The notes below the pieces were generated by a model. The model had not been told where the DNA came from, made no database searches, and saw only the letters and a program-made list of their open reading frames with translations. This document shows positions 16,626-24,465 of a stretch of DNA of 34,168 bases, piece after piece. How positions within the stretch are numbered: the first letter of the stretch is position 1; the number at the start of each line of letters is the position of its first letter. The stretch is from NCBI GenBank assembly GCA_037442865.1, contig JBBIPM010000003.1, positions 1 to 34,168 of the forward strand, read 5' to 3'. The position numbers were made by a program, and so were the translations under genes. The DNA comes from Candidatus Woesearchaeota archaeon. GTDB lineage: Archaea; Nanobdellota; Nanobdellia; Woesearchaeales; UBA525.

Positions 16626-16673
16626 TGACCGGCCGTTTTCGTCACGCTAACGCTTGGCAGCGGAGCAGGAACG

Positions 16674-16937
16674 ATGGTCGAAGGAAAATTCAAGAGCGGA
16701 CGGTTCGCCCGGACGCACGTCAAGGTCCCCGGAGGACGGACAGTGCCGCGGTTCACGGAACGGACGCCGCGGCAACCGCATTGCAGCGGCTGCGGCGCCC
16801 CGCTCCACGGCATCCCCCGGATGCGGCGCGTCGAGGCGAAGAACGCGCCGAAGACGGCGAAACGGCCGGAACGCCCGTACGGCGGCGTCCTCTGCAGCGC
16901 GTGCATGCGGAAGCGGATCGTCGAGCAGACGAAGTAG
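16674..16937 (+). CDS. rpl34e: 50S ribosomal protein eL34
   Basis: 87 aa. The sequence (FKSGRFARTHVKVPGGR...CSGCGAPLHGIP...GGVLCSACMRKRI) shows a zinc-ribbon eL34 pattern. Confidence 0.92.
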   Translation: MVEGKFKSGRFARTHVKVPGGRTVPRFTERTPRQPHCSGCGAPLHGIPRMRRVEAKNAPKTAKRPERPYGGVLCSACMRKRIVEQTK

Positions 16938-16998
16938 GCAGGATATCCTCCCAGGGAGTGCGGCGACGCGCCCAGATTCTCGGGAGGGAGGCGGCAAG

Positions 16999-17442
16999 AT
17001 GGCGATATTCGGGATAGGCAGGCTCTGTGTGAAAGTGGCGGGACGCGACGCGTCCAAGCGGTGCGTCATCGTCGAGGAGGAGAAGGACGGCACCGTCCTC
17101 ATCGACGGCGAGACGCGGCGACGGCGGTGCAACGTGAAGCACCTCGAGCCCCTCGGCGAGATCCTCGCCGTGAAGAAAGGCGCGTCGCGCAGCGACGTGA
17201 AGGCGGCGTTCGCGACTGTCGGCGTCGAGCTCCGCGACACCAAGGCGAAGAAGGCGGCTCCGCGTCCGAAACGGGGGCGGAAGGAGAAGGCCCGAGCGGA
17301 CGAGAAGCCGGCGAAGAGCGTGGAGACGAAGACGGCCGCGAAGAGCGTCGGGAAGGAAGCAAAACAGTCGTCGAAAGCCGTCGCGGAGAAAGCGGACGCG
17401 AAACCCGCGAAGCCGGAGGAGAGGCCGGCCGAAGACCTTTAA
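16999..17442 (+). CDS. rpl14e: 50S ribosomal protein eL14 with a K/A-rich tail
   Basis: I set the start at ATG 16999 (MAIFGIGRLCVKVAGRDASKRCVIVEE, KOW-like eL14), after GGGAGGGAGG. The upstream part of the tracked ORF overlaps rpl34e in another frame. Confidence 0.88.
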   Translation: MAIFGIGRLCVKVAGRDASKRCVIVEEEKDGTVLIDGETRRRRCNVKHLEPLGEILAVKKGASRSDVKAAFATVGVELRDTKAKKAAPRPKRGRKEKARADEKPAKSVETKTAAKSVGKEAKQSSKAVAEKADAKPAKPEERPAEDL

Positions 17443-17466
17443 AACCCCCTTCTCTTTTCCCTATCC

Positions 17467-18339
17467 ATGACTGCGTATCTCGTCGCGGCCAAGCGGAGCT
17501 TCACCGACCTGTTCAGGAACCCCCTCCTCTTCGTCCCGTTCCTCTTCCAGGCCATCTCCCTAATCCTGCTCACGGTTCTCGCCCTCGTCGTCATTCTCGC
17601 GCGTTTCGACGGGCTTGACTCCCTCTCCTCCCTGGTCTGGGACGCTCGGCTCATCGCCATCGTCACCGCATCAGCGATGATCGGCCTCCTCCTGCTTCTC
17701 CTCAACGCCTGGTTCACAGCCGGGAGCCTCGCCATGGTGGACGAGGTCACCAAGGGACGGAAGACCCGCGCTACGACGTTCTTCTCCTCGGCGAGACGAA
17801 AAGCGGGCCGTCTCTTCGCCTTCCAGCTCCTCTCAGGTGCACTCTATCTTGCGGCCGCCGCCCCGGTGGCGATCGCCATCCTCGTCGCTATCCTCTCCCC
17901 CGGGGCGCGTATCGTTGCCCTTCTCCTCGCCCTCCTCTTCGGCCTCCTCTTCCTCCCCGCGGCGTTCTTCCTCGGAGCCGGGCTCCTTTTCGCCCAGCCG
18001 ATCCTAATCCGGACGGAATGCTCCGCCCCGGCCGCGATCAGGGCATCGTTCCTCCGTCTCAAGTGCCAGACAGGCCACGTCCTCCTCACCTTCCTCATCG
18101 TCTTCAGCATCAACGTCGTCCTCGGCATCGCTCTCCTCCTCTTCACCCTCCCGTTCTCGATCCTCTCCGACCTCGCCCCCGGCAACGCGGGGCTCGCCGC
18201 GCTCTCCGGCGTCGCCTCCCTCGTCAGGGCATTCCTCCACCTCGGGGCGAGCATTGTCGCGCTCCTCTTCACGTTCCGGATGGACGCCGAAGTAGGGACT
18301 GTGGCGGGCCCGAAACCGGCGGCGCTGAGAAGGCGATGA
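17467..18339 (+). CDS. hypothetical polytopic membrane protein
   Basis: 290 aa with about six long hydrophobic segments. It starts 24 nt after rpl14e, and its TGA overlaps the next ATG (ATGA). Confidence 0.7.
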   Translation: MTAYLVAAKRSFTDLFRNPLLFVPFLFQAISLILLTVLALVVILARFDGLDSLSSLVWDARLIAIVTASAMIGLLLLLLNAWFTAGSLAMVDEVTKGRKTRATTFFSSARRKAGRLFAFQLLSGALYLAAAAPVAIAILVAILSPGARIVALLLALLFGLLFLPAAFFLGAGLLFAQPILIRTECSAPAAIRASFLRLKCQTGHVLLTFLIVFSINVVLGIALLLFTLPFSILSDLAPGNAGLAALSGVASLVRAFLHLGASIVALLFTFRMDAEVGTVAGPKPAALRRR

Positions 18340-18759
18340 GGGTCGCGATCTGCGGCAGTACGATCTTCACCGACCGGTTGGTCGAGACGAAGGCCGGCCT
18401 CGAGATAATCGAGATAATGGACTACGCGGCGTTCATCTCGAAGTTCTTCCTATTGTACCTCGGCAAGCCTGAGGGGGAGAAGGAGATGATTGCCCTCTTC
18501 CACACGAACGAGAAGGACGCGATTAGGGATTTTCGGGAGGAGATCGCGGCGAGCGACGCCATCCCGGTCCTCAACCACGACGGAAATGAGTCGCGAACTA
18601 CCTCGGCGGCAACACGCTCATGGAGCCAGGGTTCGCGCACGTCCTCGGCAAGAACTCGGCAAGAAGATATTCCTCATGCATCCCATCCCGAAGATCGAGT
18701 ACTCCGAGAGCGAGATCGCGGCGCGCAGGCCGGTTATCCTGTATGGCGACCTCGCCTAG
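18336..18759 (+). pseudogene. nucleoside 2-deoxyribosyltransferase-like (NDT-fold) gene disrupted by two frameshifts
   Basis: Frame 0 reads MRVAICGS...AIPVLNHDGNE. Frame 2 continues VANYLGGNTLMEPGFAHVLGK. Frame 1 ends KIFLMHPIPKIEYSESEIAARRPVILYGDLA*. The second shift coincides with a perfect 11-nt tandem duplication ctcggcaagaa (18644-18654 / 18655-18665). Confidence 0.6.
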
Positions 18760-18767
18760 TTATCCTG

Positions 18768-20477
18768 TCAGAGATGATGCCGTAGCGCGCTCACGTCGAG
18801 TTCGAACCCCGCGACGGGCATCGCCAGCCCGAAGTTCTCCAGGACTCGGGGGTGGAGCTCGCCGACGTATGCGATGCCTTCATTGCCGAGCGAGACGCGC
18901 GCCACCCGGCCGGGGAGGAAGGAGGCATGCGTCGTCTCGGCATACATCGGCGTCAGGCCGAGCTTGGCGCAGAGGTCGTCGAGCACCTGCCGGATGGCGG
19001 TGTAGTCCGCGTCTTCGCCGCAGAGCGCCACGGCGAGCTGGACCTTCTCCACGACCCTGGTCTCCGTGGCGTCGCTCTTCCTTCCCCTCGTGTTTCCCCC
19101 TTCACTCCCTGCTCGCGTCGTCTTCGCCTGCGCGAAGACACGGCCCACCTCGAAAATCCGTTGCGGGTACTCGTGGCGCCTGTTCCGTTGCAGCGTCTCC
19201 AGCAGCGAAGGGAGCACCCAGGCGCGGAGCGAATCGTACTCGAGCGAGACGGGGTTCTTGAGCGTCATGATGCGGAGCGCGCCGCCCAAGCCCATCCTCG
19301 TCGTCTGGGCTTCTGCGTTGATCAGATTGTAGCCTTTGCATTCGAGCAGGCCGTGACCGACGAGGAGCTCGCGGAGCTTTGCCGCGAGGATCTCCGCCCG
19401 TGACTCCTGGCCGACCGTCGTCACGTCAGGAATCGTCTCCGGCACCTTCTCGTACCCGTAGGCGATCGCGACCTCCTCTGCGAGATCCGCCGGATGGAGG
19501 ATATCCGTCCGGTACGCGGGGATGAGCGCGTCCCCCTTCCCGTGACCAAATCCCATCCGGGCGAGGAGCTGCCGCAGCTCCTTCTCGCTCAGCGCGAGGC
19601 CAAGGAGCCGGTTAATATATCTCCGGTCCGCGTTCATCCTCCCCGGCGCCAGCACCGGGGAGATGAGCTTCTTCCCGGGGTAGGCGAGCTCCATCGACCC
19701 GATCCGGCCGCCCATGTCGGCGAGCGCGGTGACGATCATGGCGAGGCATTCGTCCAGGATCCGTTGGTCGAAGCCGGAGCATTCGATGAACACCTTGGTC
19801 GTCCGCTCCGTGATCTTTCCAGTGAGGTGGCTGTTGATGATTGGCGTCAGGCTCATCACGTTCCCTTTCGCGTCGACGAAGCAGGCATACCGTTCCAATC
19901 CTTCGAGAAGGTGCGCGTACTCGCGTCCTTTCGGGTGCTCTTCGAGGATCTCCGTCGCGGTCATCTCTCGCGCCGCTTCGAGGGGGCGGAACCTGATCTC
20001 GTCCGGCTTCAGCCCCGTGAACCGGATGGGGAAGGCGATCTGCTCGCACGGGTAGATGCCGATGGCTGCGCGCTTCCGGTTCCGGCAGAACGTGACGTGG
20101 AGCTTCTCCTGGATCAGGATGATCTCCTTCAGACACTCCTCCGTGATTCTCAATCCCGTGACGATCGCGCATGCTGTGTACGGCCTGCAAGAGGCGACGC
20201 TCTTCTCGACGACGCACCTCTTGCCGGTCTTCCGCACAGGATAGTTCCTGAGTCCGGTCTTGCCAGGGATGCCGAGGAACGAGGCGAAGGCCCGCGCGAA
20301 CCCTTGCTGGCTGAGCAGGTCCGGCCGGTTCGGAAAGATCTCGACGTTGATCTCGTCCCCGTCGATCCCTTCGAGATCGGTGCCGAGCATCGAGATGCGG
20401 TCCTTCAGCTCGTCATCGGTCAGCTTCCGGCCGATGCTGGCGAGCAGCGCTTTCTTGGAGAGGGTCAGGCTCGGCAT
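18768..20477 (-). CDS. pheT: phenylalanine--tRNA ligase beta subunit (archaeal type)
   Basis: I set the start at ATG 20477 (MPSLTLSKKALLASIGRKLTDDELKDRISMLGTDLEG...FPNRPDLLS, typical archaeal PheT B3/4 region). 569 aa. Confidence 0.93.
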   Translation of the reverse strand: MPSLTLSKKALLASIGRKLTDDELKDRISMLGTDLEGIDGDEINVEIFPNRPDLLSQQGFARAFASFLGIPGKTGLRNYPVRKTGKRCVVEKSVASCRPYTACAIVTGLRITEECLKEIILIQEKLHVTFCRNRKRAAIGIYPCEQIAFPIRFTGLKPDEIRFRPLEAAREMTATEILEEHPKGREYAHLLEGLERYACFVDAKGNVMSLTPIINSHLTGKITERTTKVFIECSGFDQRILDECLAMIVTALADMGGRIGSMELAYPGKKLISPVLAPGRMNADRRYINRLLGLALSEKELRQLLARMGFGHGKGDALIPAYRTDILHPADLAEEVAIAYGYEKVPETIPDVTTVGQESRAEILAAKLRELLVGHGLLECKGYNLINAEAQTTRMGLGGALRIMTLKNPVSLEYDSLRAWVLPSLLETLQRNRRHEYPQRIFEVGRVFAQAKTTRAGSEGGNTRGRKSDATETRVVEKVQLAVALCGEDADYTAIRQVLDDLCAKLGLTPMYAETTHASFLPGRVARVSLGNEGIAYVGELHPRVLENFGLAMPVAGFELDVSALRHHL

Positions 20478-20713
20478 GGTCGGTCCCCTCGTATCTTCGT
20501 CTCGACGTTGGTGCGGCAATAGGTGGTGCGTTGCCCCATGTCCGCGGCGAGCAGTCGGATGTCCCGGGCGGTGGTGAGATTGTAGTCGCGGGGATGCTCG
20601 CGCATCCATGCATGGTCGAACCCGTCCCAGAGGGCTGCGACCCTCCTCAGTCTCAGTCCACCAGATGCCGTGAGCATCAGCTCCGTGCGCCGCTCCTTAT
20701 AGGGTTTGGTCAT
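20465..20713 (-). CDS. hypothetical small protein between maf and pheT
   Basis: 82 aa (MTKPYKERRTELMLTASGGLRLRRVAALWDGFDHAWMREHPRDY...). Host-like GC3-rich codons. It overlaps the pheT start by 13 nt. No family recognised. Confidence 0.4.
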   Translation of the reverse strand: MTKPYKERRTELMLTASGGLRLRRVAALWDGFDHAWMREHPRDYNLTTARDIRLLAADMGQRTTYCRTNVETKIRGDRPCRA

Positions 20714-20827
20714 CAGCACCACTTATTGCCGCGCAGACTGGAGATCTATTGACTCCATCCCTTTTTTTCAAGTTCTCTTCGAGTCGGTCCATGGTCAGTA
20801 CGTCCTTCGCTCTCCTTGAGCAGTATC

Positions 20828-21403
20828 TTATCGTTCCAGCAGCGGATTGTCGCCGAATTCTCTGAGCGTCCTCAGGACTGGGACTATCGGCAGTCCGATG
20901 ATCGTCGTGTAGTTGCCCGCTTCCGTGATGAGGTGGACGCCCATCCGTGACATCTTGAAGGGGCAGCTGGCCTCCATCGGCTCTCCCGTCGCGATGTATC
21001 CCGCGATCTCGTCCTCGCTGAGGTCGTCGCGGAATGCGATCTTCGCGGTTTCCGCCCAAATCCTCTCTTCTTCGCCCCTGATGACTGAGACTCCGCAGAT
21101 CACGGTCGCGTTCTTTCCGGGATATCGGCTGAGGGTGCGTCTCGCTTCGTGCGGATCCTTCGCTTTCCCGATAAGTTGTCCTTCGAATTCGACGAAGACG
21201 TCGGTGGCGATGACGATCGCTTCCGGATGTTTCGCCGTGATGGCGCGCGCTTTCCCGAGCGCCAGTTCGGTGGCTAGCTCTTGCGGATTCCTGTCGAGGG
21301 TCATATCCTCCTCGTAGCCGCTCGGCATCGTCTCGAAGGCGATGCCTGCATGTTCGAGGACTTCGCGCTTGTTCGGACTTTCGCTCGCGAGTATGACTCT
21401 CAT
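20828..21403 (-). CDS. maf: Maf-family nucleoside triphosphate pyrophosphatase
   Basis: MRVILASESPNKREVLEHAGIAFE...ATDVFVEFEGQLIGKAKD...GLPI is a typical Maf pattern. Its ATG overlaps the pheS TGA (ATGA at 21400-21403). Confidence 0.88.
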   Translation of the reverse strand: MRVILASESPNKREVLEHAGIAFETMPSGYEEDMTLDRNPQELATELALGKARAITAKHPEAIVIATDVFVEFEGQLIGKAKDPHEARRTLSRYPGKNATVICGVSVIRGEEERIWAETAKIAFRDDLSEDEIAGYIATGEPMEASCPFKMSRMGVHLITEAGNYTTIIGLPIVPVLRTLREFGDNPLLER

Positions 21404-22941
21404 CGCAGCCACGCCTTGATTGTCTTCGTCTGCTCGAGATCATTGCGGTACAGGTCCCGGATGTCCTCGAGCGCGTAGTATTCCTTGATGATCCGTTCCA
21501 TGCCGAGGCCCCAGGCCAGCACTGGCACTTCCTTGCCGATGAGCGTCTTGGTCACTTCGGGGCGGAAGATCCCCGCTCCTCCGAGTTCCACCCAGCTCTT
21601 CTTGTCAGCATCCCACACATCGACTTCCGCGCTGGGTTCCGTGTATGGGAAGTGGGCTGGCCTGATCCTGACGTCAGGGAACCCCATCTTGCCGAAGAAG
21701 GCGCGGAGGTACCCTTTGAGGTGCCCGAGCGTCATCCCTTCCGCCACCACGATCCCTTCCACCTGGTGGAACTCGAAGAGGTGCTTCCAGTCCAGCGCCT
21801 CGTTCCGGTAGACTTTGTTGACGCTGAAGAACTTGGCGGGCAGCTGCTTCTCACCGCGCCGTATCCTGTCGAGGTACTGCGCGCTCAACACCGTGGTGTG
21901 CGTCCGGAGGAGCAGCCGCTCGCTCTCCTCCTTGGAGAAGGGGGCTCGCCATCCCTTGCTTCTGGTGTCGCCGCCGTGCTCGTGGACCGCCTTCACCTTT
22001 TTGAAGAGGTCCGCGGGCAGCGGGCCGCGCTCCGGCTCGCGGAGATAGAACGTGTCCTGCATCTCCCTGGCGGGATGGTCCTGTGGGACGAAGAGCGCGT
22101 CGAGGTCCCAGAAGGCCGTCTGGACGTGGTCGCCTTCCATCTCCTCGAAGCCCATGTCGAGCCAGATCTGCTTGATCGACTGGATGGCTTCATTGACGAA
22201 GTGGGCTCTGCCCCCTGTTTTCGCGGGGACGTTGATTGTGACGTTGTATGCCCGGAATTCCGTCTCTTTCCAGCTCCCGTCCTCGAGCATCTTCGGGGTG
22301 AGCCGTTCCGCGTAGCTCTTGCCGAGCCCTTTCGCTGTGGTCAACTCGAGGCCGAGCGGGGTGAGCGCGTAGCGCTTCGCCTTCCGTTTCTCCAGGGAGG
22401 CATACCCTTTCCGCTTGAGGAGCTCCTCCGCGTCGGCTTTCCGGTCTTCGGTGAGGGTGATGCTCCAGTTCTTCTCCGCCGCTTCCGTGAGGAGTTTTTC
22501 GGTTCCGCTCACTGGGACGGTGAGGCCCTCCACCCATTTGAAGGCCGGCTTCCCGGCCTTGGTCGTGATGAACGGGATCCTCATCCGTTTCAACGCCCCG
22601 ACGACGGGTCCGACCGCGTCCTTGTCGTAGGAGGGGAGGCTCCTGGCTATCTCGTCGACGGTCAGCTCCTTCTTCTCGAGGAGCGCCTTCAGCGCGTGCC
22701 GTTCCGGCAACCCGTGGAGCTTCGCCTCCTGCCCCTTTGCGAGGATGACGAGACGCTCCTCCTCGTGCGTCGTCAGGGTGAGGCATCCTTTCCCTTCGAG
22801 CCATTGGAGGGCACGCATCGCCTCCACCTCCTGGAGGCCTGCAGCCCTCGCCAGGTCTGCGAGTGTCCCCTCCTCCTTGAGGTGCGGCGTTGCTCTCCGT
22901 TCGAGCGGGCTGAGTCCCGCGGCGACCCGTTCAATGTTCAT
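21400..22941 (-). CDS. pheS: phenylalanine--tRNA ligase alpha subunit (archaeal type)
   Basis: I set the start at ATG 22941 (MNIERVAAGLSPLERR...). The class II core reads FVPQDHPAREMQDTFYL...LLRTHTTVLSAQYL...FSVNKVYRNEALDWKHLFEFHQVEG...GLGMERI. 513 aa. Confidence 0.94.
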   Translation of the reverse strand: MNIERVAAGLSPLERRATPHLKEEGTLADLARAAGLQEVEAMRALQWLEGKGCLTLTTHEEERLVILAKGQEAKLHGLPERHALKALLEKKELTVDEIARSLPSYDKDAVGPVVGALKRMRIPFITTKAGKPAFKWVEGLTVPVSGTEKLLTEAAEKNWSITLTEDRKADAEELLKRKGYASLEKRKAKRYALTPLGLELTTAKGLGKSYAERLTPKMLEDGSWKETEFRAYNVTINVPAKTGGRAHFVNEAIQSIKQIWLDMGFEEMEGDHVQTAFWDLDALFVPQDHPAREMQDTFYLREPERGPLPADLFKKVKAVHEHGGDTRSKGWRAPFSKEESERLLLRTHTTVLSAQYLDRIRRGEKQLPAKFFSVNKVYRNEALDWKHLFEFHQVEGIVVAEGMTLGHLKGYLRAFFGKMGFPDVRIRPAHFPYTEPSAEVDVWDADKKSWVELGGAGIFRPEVTKTLIGKEVPVLAWGLGMERIIKEYYALEDIRDLYRNDLEQTKTIKAWLR

Positions 22942-22962
22942 GCCGCTCACGGATGGAGCCGG

Positions 22963-22970
22963 TTTTATAT
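22963..22970 (-). promoter_or_regulatory. TATA box (ATATAAAA on the minus strand) for a leaderless pheS transcript
   Basis: The centre is about 26 nt upstream of the pheS ATG at 22941. Confidence 0.5.
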
Positions 22971-23197
22971 GTTTAGCGGCTCGCTGCCGCTCCTCGCGGT
23001 TTTTTTCACACAACAAATAATAACCATATGGAAATGATTTTTTCTTCCTGAGGGAACGTCCCTCTCGGGCGGCGATGACGCGCCGTCCTCTTTCCCGAAG
23101 AGGAACAGAACCAGAACACATTTAAAGTGGTGATCGTTAATCAAGACTAAAGAGGGGTGAAACTGCGCGAGCGGTCCCTGTAAGGGGGTAGAAGAAC

Positions 23198-24007
23198 ATG
23201 ATAGTGCGAGATGAGTTTCTGACACGGCTCCGCCGATACTTCGGCCTCAACCTCTATGAGGTAAAGATCTGGGCGGCGCTGCTCAGCAGGGGGGTCTCCA
23301 CTGCCGGCGAGCTGAGTGACATCGCGAACGTCCCGCGAAGCCGGTCGTACGACATCCTCGAGTCCCTGGAGAAGAAAGGGTTCATCATCATGAAGATCGG
23401 CAAGCCGATCAAATATATCGCGGTGCCGCCGGAAGAGGTGGTGGAGCGCGTCAAGAAGAACGTCAAGAAGGAGGCGGACGAGCAGGTCCAGCGCCTCACT
23501 GACCTGAAGAAGACCGACGTGCTCGACGAACTCCGGAATCTCCATACGCAAGGCGTCGAGATCGTGGAGCCCACTGACCTGTCGGGTGCGCTGAAGGGAC
23601 GCCACAACCTCTACAACCACCTCGAGCTCACCATCAAGGGGGCGGAGAGCACCGTCACGATGATGACGACCAGCGCCGGCCTCCTCCGCAAGGTGGAAGG
23701 GCTGATGCCCGTCTTCCAGGAGGTGGCGAAGCGCGGCGTCAAGATCAGGATCGCGGCGCCGCTCTCCAAGGAGACGAAGGAGGCGGAGAAGGAGCTGAAG
23801 GGTATCGCCGAGGTCCGCGACTGCGGCAAATCCAAGGCGCGCTTCATCGTCGTCGACGGCAAGGAGCTCGTCTTCATGATCCTCGATGACGCGGAAGTCC
23901 ACCCGACGTACGACATCGGCATCTGGATCAACACGCCGTTCTTCTCCGCGGCGCTCGAGGAGCTCTTCGAGCTGGCGTGGAAGGAGATGAAGAAGCTCAA
24001 GGCGTAG
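23198..24007 (+). CDS. TrmB-family transcriptional regulator
   Basis: 269 aa. The N-terminal wHTH LYEVKIWAALLSRGVSTAGELSDIANVPRSRSYDILESLEKKGFI is followed by a coiled coil and a TrmB-like C-terminal domain. Confidence 0.85.
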   Translation: MIVRDEFLTRLRRYFGLNLYEVKIWAALLSRGVSTAGELSDIANVPRSRSYDILESLEKKGFIIMKIGKPIKYIAVPPEEVVERVKKNVKKEADEQVQRLTDLKKTDVLDELRNLHTQGVEIVEPTDLSGALKGRHNLYNHLELTIKGAESTVTMMTTSAGLLRKVEGLMPVFQEVAKRGVKIRIAAPLSKETKEAEKELKGIAEVRDCGKSKARFIVVDGKELVFMILDDAEVHPTYDIGIWINTPFFSAALEELFELAWKEMKKLKA

Positions 24008-24042
24008 GGCCAAACTTTTTAATCCACCTTTTTTCTCTCTTC

Positions 24043-24465
24043 ATGAAGTGCTATGTCAGTTCTCGGACACAGCACAGAGCAGCTGTCAGCTCTCTCTACA
24101 GGATGATCGAAGCGAGCGGCCACACGGTCGCCCGCGACTGGACAGCCTTCGATGAAGGAGCGGTCGTCGATGCGCGCCATGCGTCGCTCCTCGCATCGAG
24201 GATCCTGGATGGGATCGGGGAGAGCGACCGCTTCGTCCTCATCACCGACCCGGCGGGATCGGACATCTATGTCGAGCTCGGCATCGCGCTGGCTGCGAAT
24301 GCCGCGACAGGAAAACCGCGGATCTACGCGGTCGGCCCCCATGGCGGGCGTACCCTGATGCACGCCCATCCCGCGATCCGCCACGTCGCGACCGTGGCGG
24401 ACCTTCTCGAGAAGGAATGCCCCGGTCTCCTCTGCACCGAAGCGGAGAGCGTCACCTTTTCCTGA
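24043..24465 (+). CDS. nucleoside 2-deoxyribosyltransferase-like (NDT-fold) protein, intact paralog-type
   Basis: 140 aa from ATG 24043 (MKCYVSS...). SDRFVLITDPAGSDIYVELGIALAANAATGKPRIYAVGP fits the NDT-like acidic/GK motif. A TATA-like tttttaat (24016-24023) sits at leaderless distance. Confidence 0.55.
   Translation: MKCYVSSRTQHRAAVSSLYRMIEASGHTVARDWTAFDEGAVVDARHASLLASRILDGIGESDRFVLITDPAGSDIYVELGIALAANAATGKPRIYAVGPHGGRTLMHAHPAIRHVATVADLLEKECPGLLCTEAESVTFS

Noticed and set aside
16016-16650. E/K/R/G-rich minus-strand ORFs and S/P/L-rich + strand ORFs in the DUF106-rpl34e spacer
   Set aside because: They overlap each other in several frames within the 35-nt minisatellite and C/T tract, so this is the same compositional artefact.
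16654-16998. N-terminal 115 codons of tracked ORF 16654-17442
   Set aside because: They overlap rpl34e out of frame and give an R/G/A-rich junk translation. eL14 begins at ATG 16999, after a GGGAGG SD.
18018-18335. N-terminal 106 codons of tracked ORF 18018-18785
   Set aside because: They overlap the C-terminal part of the well-supported membrane protein in another frame and give a P/R/H-rich translation. The credible start is the ATGA-coupled ATG at 18336.
20697-21443. 248-aa minus-strand ORF overlapping maf
   Set aside because: It is out of frame with the clear Maf protein and has an R/S/D/H-rich composition. Only its last 31 codons fall in the maf-orf spacer, and they lack support.
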